From Rhodospirillaceae bacterium (lineage in GTDB: Bacteria; Pseudomonadota; Alphaproteobacteria; TMED109): 64,000 nt of DNA. The stretch covers positions 2,511 through 66,510 of the forward strand of contig CABZPW010000001.1 of assembly GCA_902527765.1 (NCBI GenBank), read 5' to 3'. This document shows positions 41,131-50,923 of this stretch, in pieces; within the stretch, counting starts at the first letter, position 1; each line of letters opens with the position of its first letter. Under the pieces are notes generated by a model. It saw only the letters and a program-made list of their open reading frames with translations. It was not told the origin of the DNA and made no database searches. The position numbers were made by a program, and so were the translations under genes.

Positions 41131-42090
41131 ATGTCATTATTAAATACAAAAAGAATATACAAACCATTTAAATATCCTTGGGCATATGATGCTTGGTTAC
41201 AACAACAGAGAATACACTGGATACCAGAAGAAGTTCCATTGGCTGATGATGTTTCAGATTGGAACAGAAAGTTAAATAAGCAGGAAAGAAATTTACTTTC
41301 TCAAATTTTTAGGTTTTTTACTCAATCTGATATAGAAGTTAATAATTGCTATATGAGTCATTACTCTAGAGTATTTAAACCTACGGAAGTGTGCATGATG
41401 TTAGCAGCTTTTTCTAATATGGAGACTATTCATATCGCTGCTTATTCTCATTTATTAGATACAATTGGAATGCCAGAAGTAGAATACTCAGCATTTCTTG
41501 AAATAAAAGAAATGCGAGATAAGTATGATTACATGCAAAAATTTAATACAAATACAAAAATAAACATTGCTAAGACTTTGGCAATATTTGGAGGCTTTAC
41601 AGAAGGTTTACAATTATTTGCAACATTCGCTATCCTATTAAATTTTCCAAGATTTAATAAAATGAAGGGAATGGGGCAAATAGTTACATGGTCAGCTAGA
41701 GATGAAAGTTTACACACAGAATCAATTATTAAACTTTATAATACTTTTGTAAGTGAAAACCCTGATATAAATAAAGAAGAATTAGAAAGAGATCTTTATA
41801 TAGCTTGTAATACAATGATTGATCACGAGGATGCTTTTATAGATAGAGCATTTGAATTAGGAACAGTAGAAGGGCTAAGACCTGAAGAAGTTAAACAATA
41901 TATGAGATACATGGCAGATATTCGTTTAAACCAACTGAAATTACAACCTATATATAAAATATCTACGAATCCTTTACCATGGATGGACGAAATGTTAAAT
42001 GCGGTTGAACATACTAATTTCTTTGAGAATAGAGCTACGGAATATTCAAAGGCAGCAACTACAGGTACCTGGGAAGAGGCATTTGCTTAA
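41131..42090 (+). CDS. nrdB: Class Ia ribonucleotide reductase beta subunit
   Basis: HWIPEEV, FFTQSDIEV, METIHIAAY, EGLQLF, RDESLH, NFFENRATEY. Confidence 0.97.
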   Translation: MSLLNTKRIYKPFKYPWAYDAWLQQQRIHWIPEEVPLADDVSDWNRKLNKQERNLLSQIFRFFTQSDIEVNNCYMSHYSRVFKPTEVCMMLAAFSNMETIHIAAYSHLLDTIGMPEVEYSAFLEIKEMRDKYDYMQKFNTNTKINIAKTLAIFGGFTEGLQLFATFAILLNFPRFNKMKGMGQIVTWSARDESLHTESIIKLYNTFVSENPDINKEELERDLYIACNTMIDHEDAFIDRAFELGTVEGLRPEEVKQYMRYMADIRLNQLKLQPIYKISTNPLPWMDEMLNAVEHTNFFENRATEYSKAATTGTWEEAFA

Positions 42091-42114
42091 CACAATAAAC
42101 TTTTCTAATTAATA

Positions 42115-44412
42115 TTATTTTTTTGAAGATAATATGCGCCAAATTTTTTCAGGCTTTGCTGGCATATCAATGTGATCTAAATCTAATGCGTTACAAATCG
42201 CATTAATGACAGCCGGTGGTGCTCCTATTGCTCCCGCTTCTCCTGCTCCTTTTATGCCTAGGGGATTTGTATTGCATAGAATTTCATTGTAACTAAAATT
42301 TATATTAGGTACGTCGCTAGCTCTAGGGATTGCATAGTCCATGAAAGAACCGCTTAAAAGTTGTCCTGTTTCATCATCATAGATTGTTTCTTCAAATAAA
42401 GCTTGTCCTATTCCCTGTGCAATACCTCCGTGCACCTGGCCTTCTAATAAGATCGGGTTAATTACCTTTCCAAAGTCATCTACTACAGTATAGTTTAATA
42501 TCTTAACAAGACCTGAAAATTTATCAATTTCTAGCTCACAAATATGGGTACCATTGGGATATGTGAAAGTACCTTCGTTAGGTGACCAATTTGCAGCTAC
42601 TTCTAAAACTTCATTAAAATTACTAAGCTGAGTTAAATTAGATAAGGAGAATTGTTTATTATTATATCGAAAAAAACCTTCTTTATATAATATTTTATCT
42701 GAGGATGTATTAAGGTAATCTGCTAAGGCTTTTTTTGTATGATCTAAAAATTTTTTTGCAGCTAAATGTAATGCATTTCCTCCCACAGGCATTGATCTTG
42801 ATCCTCCAGTTCCTGATCCTTGAGCAATTTCTAAACTATTTCCTTGAATTACATTTATCTCATTTATGGGCACACCGAGTACGTCTGAGACAATTTGGGC
42901 ATAAGATGTAGCATGTCCTTGACCGTTGGATTGCGTACCTATTTTTACCTCTATATTGCCATTTCCACCAATTTTTATAGAACTGTATTCAGGACCACCA
43001 CCACCACATGCTTCTATATAAGTTGAAATGCCAATACCTCTGTACTTATTATTTTTAAGAGATATGCTTTTTCTATCTTGAAATGTATTATATTTAGAAA
43101 TTTTTACACAGCTTAATAGATTTTTCTTAAAATTTCCACTGTCATATGTGTGGCCCAAGGCTGTTTTGTAAGGAATATCACTTTCATCTATAAGGTTTAC
43201 ATTTCTTAAATTTAACGGACAAACATTAAGTTCTTTTGCAGATTTATCAATAAGTCTTTCAATTAGATACGCAGCTTCAGGTCTTCCAGCTCCTCTATAA
43301 GCATCTACAGGATTAGTATTGGTAAATACACCTTTAACATTAGCATAAGCATTTGGAATTTTATAGCAGCCTGTAAGCATGCCTGTGCCGGCATAGGTAG
43401 GAATAAATACACCAAAATCAGAAATATAGGCTCCCATATTAGCGAAGGTCTCAACTTGCAAAGCAACTATTTTATTATGTTTATCAAACCCTAGTTTTGC
43501 ATTACTAATGTGATCTCTTCCATGTATATCAGATAAAAAACTTTCAGTTCTTCTTGCCGTCCATTTGACTGTTTTGTTGGTAATTTTAGCTGCTGCCAGT
43601 GTGAGAACATATTCAGGATAATTAAAGATTTTCATTCCAAAGCCTCCGCCTACATCAGGAGTAAATACATTAATTTTATTTTCATTTATATTGAATATGG
43701 TTGATAACTTTCTTTTTAGACTGTGTACTCCCTGACTAGAACAATGTAAACTATAGGTAGAGGACTCGGTATTGTATTGTCCTATAGCACTCCTACATTC
43801 AATAGGGTTTGGTATTAGTCTATTGTTAACTAATTTTATAGTAGTTATATGAGTAGCGCCTTTAAAAGCTTTATCTGTACTTATTGGATCACCCAGTTCC
43901 CAGTCAAAGCAAATATTATTTGCTAGCTCGTCTCTTACAACAGGAGCACTAGTTTTTGTAGCAATATTCAAATTGGTAGTGCTCTCTAGCTCTTCATATT
44001 CAATATCGACAAAGTCAGCAGCCTCTTGTGCAATTTCAAAAGTTTCAGCAATAATTGCCAGTATTGGTTCGCCAACATATCGAACTTTTCCATCAGATAG
44101 TATATTTCTAAAAGTATCTACCATAGCGCTTCCATCTTTATTTTTTACTTTAAAGCCAGGGTACATAGGGTTTATGTTCATTTTTTTAATTGTTTGATGA
44201 TTGATTATAGTCAACACACCTTTATATTCCTTAGCTTTTTTATAATTAATATTAATAATTTTAGCGAAAGCATGAGGAGACCTAAGTATGTACATATATA
44301 CTTGATCATTAAGGTTAATATCATCAGTATATAATCCATTTCCTGTTAAAAATTTATTGTCTTCTAATCTTCTTAAAGGTTGCCCTATTCCAAATTTCAA
44401 TTTATTCTCCAC
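42115..44412 (-). CDS. Xanthine dehydrogenase-family molybdopterin-binding large subunit (form II CoxL-like)
   Basis: R.ED.KFLTG.G.YTDD, VGGGFGMK, AYRGAGRPE, GQGH.T, GQVHGG..QG.GQAL, KGAGEAG. Confidence 0.93.
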   Translation of the reverse strand: MENKLKFGIGQPLRRLEDNKFLTGNGLYTDDINLNDQVYMYILRSPHAFAKIININYKKAKEYKGVLTIINHQTIKKMNINPMYPGFKVKNKDGSAMVDTFRNILSDGKVRYVGEPILAIIAETFEIAQEAADFVDIEYEELESTTNLNIATKTSAPVVRDELANNICFDWELGDPISTDKAFKGATHITTIKLVNNRLIPNPIECRSAIGQYNTESSTYSLHCSSQGVHSLKRKLSTIFNINENKINVFTPDVGGGFGMKIFNYPEYVLTLAAAKITNKTVKWTARRTESFLSDIHGRDHISNAKLGFDKHNKIVALQVETFANMGAYISDFGVFIPTYAGTGMLTGCYKIPNAYANVKGVFTNTNPVDAYRGAGRPEAAYLIERLIDKSAKELNVCPLNLRNVNLIDESDIPYKTALGHTYDSGNFKKNLLSCVKISKYNTFQDRKSISLKNNKYRGIGISTYIEACGGGGPEYSSIKIGGNGNIEVKIGTQSNGQGHATSYAQIVSDVLGVPINEINVIQGNSLEIAQGSGTGGSRSMPVGGNALHLAAKKFLDHTKKALADYLNTSSDKILYKEGFFRYNNKQFSLSNLTQLSNFNEVLEVAANWSPNEGTFTYPNGTHICELEIDKFSGLVKILNYTVVDDFGKVINPILLEGQVHGGIAQGIGQALFEETIYDDETGQLLSGSFMDYAIPRASDVPNINFSYNEILCNTNPLGIKGAGEAGAIGAPPAVINAICNALDLDHIDMPAKPEKIWRILSSKK

Positions 44413-44444
44413 ATAAATTTTTACTATAAAACAATATTAGAATA

Positions 44445-44472
44445 TTGAAAAATACTAATTTATAATTATAAT
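44445..44472 (+). promoter_or_regulatory. Putative promoter giving a leaderless hspQ transcript
   Basis: TTGAAA(44445)-16 bp-TATAAT(44467), then 6 nt to ATG 44479, no SD. Confidence 0.45.
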
Positions 44473-44478
44473 CTTAAT

Positions 44479-44823
44479 ATGATTGATAACAATAAAAAAT
44501 TAGATAGTCCTAAATTTACAATAGGAGAGCTAGTAAAGCACAGATATTATCCTTTCAGAGGGGTTATTTTTGATGTTGATCCAGAGTTTATGAATAGTGA
44601 AGAGTGGTATGACTCTATTCCAAAAGATATAAGACCAAAAAGAAACCAACCATTCTATCATTTGTTTGCTGAAAACGATGACGGTCCTTACATCGCTTAC
44701 GTTTCCCAGCAAAATCTACTTCACGATGAAAACCTAGATCCTTGTTCTCATCCCCAAATTAGCTCAGTTTTTGACGGATTAAAAGACGGAAAGTATGTTT
44801 TAAAAGAATCTAATCTACAATAA
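44479..44823 (+). CDS. hspQ: Heat shock protein HspQ (YccV-like)
   Basis: KF.IG..VKHR..PFRGVIFDVDP, QPFYHL.AEN, YVSQQNL. Confidence 0.93.
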   Translation: MIDNNKKLDSPKFTIGELVKHRYYPFRGVIFDVDPEFMNSEEWYDSIPKDIRPKRNQPFYHLFAENDDGPYIAYVSQQNLLHDENLDPCSHPQISSVFDGLKDGKYVLKESNLQ

Positions 44824-45357
44824 TTAATTACAATTGTTTATATATTTACCCGACCATCCACTAACTTCATTAGTTAACTGACTAGTAAGTAACCTTCTAA
44901 AATTAGCATGGCAAGTACCACAAGATTTTCCTAAATTACACATGGCTGCAACAGTTCCTTCTATATCATCATTTATTATTGCATTTTGTAAATCAAGAGC
45001 AGAGCTTTCTGCAGATCCGTAAAGTTTTTCAAAATAATTTGGTAAAGCCCAAACAGCAGGAGTAGCATTAGTAAACCCTTTAGATGAAAGATTACTACTA
45101 TCAGCCCATAGACCTCTTGTCTTTTTAATTAGAGTAAGTACTTCTTTAGCATCATCTGTAGCTAAGTCTTTATTATATTCAACTTTTTCTTTTAATTCTA
45201 CATAAGGAGATAATCTTTTAATTCTGTGCCATAAACTTTGCATAGCTGTTTTTCTTAATTCTATTATGTGAAAGGCTTCCTTAATTTCAGATGAATTGAC
45301 TACCTTACAAGGCAATAAGAATGCGAAAACGATAAGGGATGTGAGGATACGATTCAT
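44824..45357 (-). CDS. Cytochrome c'-like (class II) protein
   Basis: Signal peptide, IELRKTAMQ, ATPAVW, C-terminal CGTCH..FR. Confidence 0.82.
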   Translation of the reverse strand: MNRILTSLIVFAFLLPCKVVNSSEIKEAFHIIELRKTAMQSLWHRIKRLSPYVELKEKVEYNKDLATDDAKEVLTLIKKTRGLWADSSNLSSKGFTNATPAVWALPNYFEKLYGSAESSALDLQNAIINDDIEGTVAAMCNLGKSCGTCHANFRRLLTSQLTNEVSGWSGKYINNCN

Positions 45358-45434
45358 ATATTATAATAATAGTTTTTTTAATAACAAAAGCAATAAATTA
45401 ATATTAAAGTCAGAAAATATACTATATATATAAA

Positions 45435-45620
45435 CTAATTTTTATCCAACCATGGAGCATCAGGAGAAGTAATTTCACCTTTAGGCAAACTAGGGCTTTT
45501 TTTAAAGTTATTACCAGCAAATATTTTTGATTTTTTATTATAATATGAACGTCCCAGAATAAATGAAAAAATAATTGCTAAAATGAAAATTATTATACCG
45601 ATCAAAGGATGATATTGCAT
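45435..45620 (-). CDS. Small single-pass membrane protein, hypothetical
   Basis: 61-aa ORF with N-terminal TM helix, co-oriented between map and cytochrome c'. Confidence 0.6.
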   Translation of the reverse strand: MQYHPLIGIIIFILAIIFSFILGRSYYNKKSKIFAGNNFKKSPSLPKGEITSPDAPWLDKN

Positions 45621-45642
45621 ACATATATAATACTATAAATAA

Positions 45643-46461
45643 TTATTTAGACAACTCATTTATCTTAACTTTTTCATTTTTTGATATAGTAAATACTTCA
45701 TAGCTATTTTCTGTAACGCCGATAGTATGTTCGTATTGTGCTGATAGTTTTTTATCTCTCGTAACGGCTGTCCAACCATCGTTTAGAATTTTTATATCTT
45801 TTTTACCTAAGTTAATCATAGGCTCAATAGTAAATATCATACCTTTTTCCAGTTTCATTCCTTGTCCTGCTTGTCCATAGTGTAGAATATTTGGAGCACA
45901 ATGAAAAACCTTACCTATTCCATGCCCACAAAAATCTCTTACAACAGAATAGTTATTTTTTTCTGCATAAACTTGTATAGCATTTCCTATATCTCCGAGC
46001 GTATTACCAGGTTTAACTTGCTTTATTCCTTCCCACATACATCTAAATGTGGCGTCAACTAACTTTTTTGCCTTAATGCTTTCTTTTCCTATAAAAAACA
46101 TTCTACTAGTGTCACCATGCCATTGGTCTAAAATCACCGTGATATCAATATTAATTATATCCCCATTTTTAAGAGTTTTATTACTTGGTATGCCATGACA
46201 CACCACATGGTTTACTGATGTACATATAGACTTTGGAAATCCTTTATAATTGAGAGGAGCAGGTATTGCTCCTTTAGAAAGTATAAAGTCATGACAAAGT
46301 TGATCTAATTTATTTGTGGTTACATTTTCTTTAACATGTGGTGTTATAAAGTCTAAAACTTGAGATGCTAAATTTCCAGCCTCTCTCATTTTTTCAAAAT
46401 CTTCATTAGTATGAATAGTAATGGGGTTATTGTACTGGTCATAAATTATTTTATTATTCAT
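45643..46461 (-). CDS. map: Methionine aminopeptidase type I
   Basis: FPKSICTSVN.VVCHGIP, HGDTSR, GHGIG, FTIEPMIN, SAQYEHT. Confidence 0.98.
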   Translation of the reverse strand: MNNKIIYDQYNNPITIHTNEDFEKMREAGNLASQVLDFITPHVKENVTTNKLDQLCHDFILSKGAIPAPLNYKGFPKSICTSVNHVVCHGIPSNKTLKNGDIINIDITVILDQWHGDTSRMFFIGKESIKAKKLVDATFRCMWEGIKQVKPGNTLGDIGNAIQVYAEKNNYSVVRDFCGHGIGKVFHCAPNILHYGQAGQGMKLEKGMIFTIEPMINLGKKDIKILNDGWTAVTRDKKLSAQYEHTIGVTENSYEVFTISKNEKVKINELSK

Positions 46462-46581
46462 CTTTTTTCCTGATTAATATTTTGCATTTTAAAAATAAAA
46501 CCTTAAAGACTAGATTATTTATATAGATATTTATAATTTTTTTTTTTTTATTATTATATATGCATATTATTTAAAAATAAA

Positions 46582-47340
46582 ATGAGTAATGCATCTGTAA
46601 TTATAATAGGTAATGAAATATTATCTGGGAGAACTTTAGATCAAAACGCTAACTTTATAGCTAAACGTTGCTCTAAAATAGGTATTTTTTTGGAAGAAGT
46701 AAGAATAATTCCTGATGTATCAAAAATAATTACAACATCAGTAAAAAATTTATCTAAGAAATATCATAATGTTTTCGTTACTGGAGGTATTGGCCCCACT
46801 CACGATGATATTACTGCTAAATCTGTAGCTTCTGCTTTTAAAAAAAAATTAGTTTTAAATAAAATAGCTAAGAATCTTTTAGAAAACTATTACAATAATT
46901 CCAATATCAAATTAAATTCAAGTAGAATGAAAATGGCGTACCTTCCATCTAGGTCAACTTTGATATTAAACCCATTAACTGCAGCTCCTGGTTTTAAGGT
47001 TAAAAATGTTTGGGTAATGGCAGGAGTTCCTAAAATCATGCAAAGTATGTTTTTGACAAGTGTAGAACCAAAACTAAAAAAAGGTAAAATTACTCATGCT
47101 ATGTCAGTTAAGGTTGATAAACCTGAAGGAGATATTGCTCATATACTTCATGAAATAAATATGGAATTTAAAACTATAGATATAGGTAGCTACCCATATT
47201 TTACTCCACCTAAAGCTGGGACTAACATAGTTTTTAGATCTACGGATTTAATAGAAATAAAAAAAAGTCTAAAAAAATTTTGTAACATACTCAAAAGTAA
47301 TGATATATTATTTAGAATTGAAAATAATTATAGTTATTAA
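46582..47340 (+). CDS. CinA N-terminal-like (molybdopterin-binding-domain) protein
   Basis: IIGNEILSGRT.D.N, TGGIGPTHDDIT, MAGVP, IGSYP. Confidence 0.9.
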   Translation: MSNASVIIIGNEILSGRTLDQNANFIAKRCSKIGIFLEEVRIIPDVSKIITTSVKNLSKKYHNVFVTGGIGPTHDDITAKSVASAFKKKLVLNKIAKNLLENYYNNSNIKLNSSRMKMAYLPSRSTLILNPLTAAPGFKVKNVWVMAGVPKIMQSMFLTSVEPKLKKGKITHAMSVKVDKPEGDIAHILHEINMEFKTIDIGSYPYFTPPKAGTNIVFRSTDLIEIKKSLKKFCNILKSNDILFRIENNYSY

Positions 47341-47344
47341 AATT

Positions 47345-47431
47345 GCCCACTTGGCGGAATAGGTAGACGCAAGGGACTTAAAATCCCTTGTCCGAAAGGA
47401 CGTCCCGGTTCGAGTCCGGGAGTGGGCACCA
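47345..47431 (+). tRNA. tRNA-Leu(TAA)
   Basis: GCCCACT/AGTGGGC acceptor, AGGGA-CTTAAAA-TCCCT anticodon arm, long variable arm, encoded CCA. Confidence 0.97.
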
Positions 47432-47435
47432 TTAA

Positions 47436-48230
47436 TTAATAAGCTTTTTTGAAATTGAAACTTTCCAATAGTTTTAGAGAAGCAAAACCTATAAATTTAC
47501 CTGTACTGGATGATTTGCTATTATAAACAATTTCTTTACCATTTAAGTTAAACAATTTACCGCCTGCAGCATTTAAAATGGCATGACCTGCTGCAATATC
47601 CCATTTACTAATACTAGAAAATCTTGGATAAATATCAGCTTTTTTTTCCGCCAATATACAAAACTTTAGGGAAGATGAGATTTCTATCTTTTGATATTTA
47701 TTATACTGACTTAAAAAATTTTTAATTTCCTTATTTTTTTCCTTTGAAGTGATAAAAATAATTTCATCTCTATTTTTTGTTAGAGGACTTTCTAATTTTT
47801 TTTTTATTATTTTCAATTCATTCTGTTTGGCATACCAGATACTTTCAGATGGTGGATGTGCAATTAGACCTAAATATGGCTGTCCTTTATAAATGAGTGA
47901 AATATTAACAGTATATTCATCGCCCCCGTGAAGATAATTACGTGTTCCATCTATAGGATCAATTATCCAATAACATTCTTCGAGATATGAGTCTAAAGAG
48001 AATTTATGTTCTTCACTAATTATTTTTATTTTAGGTAAGAGTTTTTTTAAACTATTACATATTATTTTATTTACATGCATATCAGCTTTAGATAAAGGGC
48101 TTCCATCTTTTTTATTATTTATTAAAGTTATTTTAGAATTTTTAATATATTTTATGCATTTTTTTGTTAGTTTAATTAAATTTTCATCAAACTCATTGCA
48201 ATTTAAATTTTTTAGTATATTAGTGTACAA
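47436..48230 (-). CDS. cysQ: 3'(2'),5'-bisphosphate nucleotidase
   Basis: KKDGSPLSKAD, ISEE, WIIDPIDGT, SSLKFC, WDIAAGHAIL. Confidence 0.9.
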   Translation of the reverse strand: MYTNILKNLNCNEFDENLIKLTKKCIKYIKNSKITLINNKKDGSPLSKADMHVNKIICNSLKKLLPKIKIISEEHKFSLDSYLEECYWIIDPIDGTRNYLHGGDEYTVNISLIYKGQPYLGLIAHPPSESIWYAKQNELKIIKKKLESPLTKNRDEIIFITSKEKNKEIKNFLSQYNKYQKIEISSSLKFCILAEKKADIYPRFSSISKWDIAAGHAILNAAGGKLFNLNGKEIVYNSKSSSTGKFIGFASLKLLESFNFKKAY

Positions 48231-48372
48231 TTTTAATACAATTATTAGAAAAGAATTAGTTAAATATAATATAAATTAATAATATTGTTAATATATATAT
48301 ATTTAAAAGTTGCAATATAAAAAGCTCATAGTAATCTTTTATGCTGTAAATATATTAGAAGGTTAATAAATA

Positions 48373-50091
48373 ATGCTCCTTTTTGAAAAGTTTAATGAAA
48401 TAGTTTTAAAATACAAAAGGATATATGCAATAGCAAATATCAATAACAGCAGATATTACTTAGTTATAATATTAACCTTACTTACAGTAGGTTTAGATGC
48501 TTTAGGAATAGGCATGCTTATTCCTATTGGAGAATATATTTTAAACTATGAAAAAGATACTATACCCAATACCACTTCTTGGAAAATAATAACTGAAATA
48601 TTCACCTATTTAGGCTTAAAGCCTAATATTATATTTATTGTATCCTTAATGTTATCAATCATTATTTTTAGGCAGATTATAACTTTTATAAGAATGATGG
48701 TGATAGATATAATGCGTTTCAGAGCTGTAAAGCAATTTAGAGAAAAGTTATTTGATTACTTTTTGCAACAGGATATTTTCTTCATAAAAAAACATAATAC
48801 AGGAGTATATAATAACATCATAAATCTTGAAGTAGAGAACATTGGTAAAGCTATTATATTACCACTAGAAAATATTTCTGGTCTGATACTTATAATCTCT
48901 TATTTTTTCTTGATGTTGTTGATTTCTATAAATGCAACTATTTTAGTTTTTGCAACCATTTTAATAATAGGAATATTTTTAAAAAAAATTTTATCTTACA
49001 TCGAAAATACAGCATCAAAAATTATAGATATAAATAATAAATTTTCCCAAAATATTGTTGACAGATTAGTTGCTGTAAAACTCATTAGGATAAATAATAT
49101 GATAGATAAAGAAAAAAGCCTTAATGAGGAAATTCTTACTGATCAATTTTCTAATAATGTGAGACTTTCCAGAGTACAAAAAATAATTGATAGTTCCATT
49201 GAACCCTCATTATTAATAGTAGCCATTCCAATTATAGGAATTGCTATAAGTTTAAATTTTCCTTTGGCTAAATTAGGAGTATTTGTAATACTGTTAGCTA
49301 GATTTATTCCTGTTTTTAAAATCACAATTACAGGCCTACAGGCCCATGCTACCTATTTCGCATCAATTAAAAATATGCTAAATTTAATTAATAAAATTTG
49401 CGAACAAAAAGAAATTAGACTAGGAAAAAATCAAGCTCCGGTAATTATAAAAAAAATAGAGTTTAAAAATATATTTTTTAAGTACGAGGACTCCAATAAA
49501 AACGTTATAAATAACTTCTCTTGTACCATAAAAGGAGGTGTAATAAATGCTATTATGGGAGTATCTGGTAAAGGTAAAAGTACATTAGTGAATTTTATAC
49601 CAAGGCTACTAGAGCCTAATAAAGGTGTTATTAAAATAAATGAAAAAAATATTGCACACATGAGCACAAAAAGTTTAAGAAATATATGTTCATATATTGA
49701 GCAAAAGCCAAATTTTATGAGAGGCACAATATTCGAACATATAGTATATAACAATAAAAATATTAATTTAAAGAAGGCAATAGAAGCAGCAAAACTTGCA
49801 CAGGCCCATGATTTTATCATGAGTTTACCAAATAATTATTATTATAAACTTGGTGAAGGCGGTGTAGGTTTATCTGGAGGGCAACTTCAAAGATTAGATA
49901 TTTCAAGAGGAATAGCTTCAGATAAACCTTTAATGATATTAGATGAGCCAACTAGCAACCTAGATAAGAAAAACACTAAAGAGATTTTGCTAACTCTTAA
50001 AAATATTAATAAACATAAAAAAAATACTATTTTAATAGTAACACATGATACAAATGTAATTAAATATTGTGAAAATATAATTAAAATTTAG
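48373..50091 (+). CDS. ABC exporter, fused TMD+NBD (MsbA/PglK-like)
   Basis: N-terminal TM domain; GVSGKGKST, LSGGQLQR, ILDEPT, VTH. Confidence 0.9.
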   Translation: MLLFEKFNEIVLKYKRIYAIANINNSRYYLVIILTLLTVGLDALGIGMLIPIGEYILNYEKDTIPNTTSWKIITEIFTYLGLKPNIIFIVSLMLSIIIFRQIITFIRMMVIDIMRFRAVKQFREKLFDYFLQQDIFFIKKHNTGVYNNIINLEVENIGKAIILPLENISGLILIISYFFLMLLISINATILVFATILIIGIFLKKILSYIENTASKIIDINNKFSQNIVDRLVAVKLIRINNMIDKEKSLNEEILTDQFSNNVRLSRVQKIIDSSIEPSLLIVAIPIIGIAISLNFPLAKLGVFVILLARFIPVFKITITGLQAHATYFASIKNMLNLINKICEQKEIRLGKNQAPVIIKKIEFKNIFFKYEDSNKNVINNFSCTIKGGVINAIMGVSGKGKSTLVNFIPRLLEPNKGVIKINEKNIAHMSTKSLRNICSYIEQKPNFMRGTIFEHIVYNNKNINLKKAIEAAKLAQAHDFIMSLPNNYYYKLGEGGVGLSGGQLQRLDISRGIASDKPLMILDEPTSNLDKKNTKEILLTLKNINKHKKNTILIVTHDTNVIKYCENIIKI

Positions 50092-50116
50092 AATCTTACA
50101 AAATAGAATTTTTAAG

Positions 50117-50875
50117 ATGATTTCAAAAAAAGAGACATTAATAATATATGGAAAACATGCAGTTATTGCAGCCTTATCAAATAAAAAAAGAATTATTGAT
50201 AAAGTTTTTGTACTTAATAATAACTCTGAAACAAAAAAAATAATAATTGAAAAATTAAATCAAGTAGGAAGCAAATTAAAAATAAATAGTGTTGATAAAA
50301 CTATTTTTGATAAGATTTTACAGAAGAAAGTAAAACATCAGGGGATTATTGCAATATCTAAAAAATTAGTACTAGATGACTATAAAAATTTGTTTAAAAA
50401 TAAAAGCTTTAGGTATGGGGTAATAATCGATAGTATAACGGATCCTAACAATATGGGAGCCATTTATAGGTCTGCTAATGCATTCGGTATTGATTTTATA
50501 ATAAACTGTAATCAAAGAGCACTAATAGAAAGTAGTGCATTATTAAATACTGCCTGTGGTGCTTTTGAAAATGTCAACTCTTATACTACAAACAATATTT
50601 CAAACGCCATAAAAAAATTAAAAGAAGAGGACTGGTGGGTAGTAGGTCTTGATCATAAGGCAACCACAGAGATTAATAAGCTATTTTTAAAAGCTGATAG
50701 AAAAGAGAAATATGTTTTTGTTTTTGGCTCAGAGGGTAAAGGGATTAGAAGGCTAATTAAAAAAAACTGTAGCTTAATTGCGAAAATCCCACATATTGCT
50801 AATACTCATAGCATAAATGTTTCAAATGCCGCAGCGATTATTTTTCATGAAATATTAAAATTAAAAAAAATGTGA
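50117..50875 (+). CDS. rlmB: 23S rRNA Gm2251 methyltransferase (SpoU/TrmH family)
   Basis: YGKHAV.AAL.N..R, HQG, DP.NMGAI.RSA, GSEGKGIR, SINVSNA. Confidence 0.9.
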   Translation: MISKKETLIIYGKHAVIAALSNKKRIIDKVFVLNNNSETKKIIIEKLNQVGSKLKINSVDKTIFDKILQKKVKHQGIIAISKKLVLDDYKNLFKNKSFRYGVIIDSITDPNNMGAIYRSANAFGIDFIINCNQRALIESSALLNTACGAFENVNSYTTNNISNAIKKLKEEDWWVVGLDHKATTEINKLFLKADRKEKYVFVFGSEGKGIRRLIKKNCSLIAKIPHIANTHSINVSNAAAIIFHEILKLKKM

Positions 50876-50923
50876 ATTTTTCTTAACCTGTAATCTTCAA
50901 AAAGATAAAGTTAATTTTTTTTA

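Noticed and set aside
38448-42090. B12-dependent class II RNR suggested by the adjacent adenosyltransferase
   Set aside because: The alpha subunit is followed by a diiron/tyrosyl NrdB, so it is class I; no cobalamin riboswitch seen.
42115-44412. Aerobic CO dehydrogenase (form I)
   Set aside because: Motif is AYRGAGR, not AYxCSFR, and no cox operon is adjacent.
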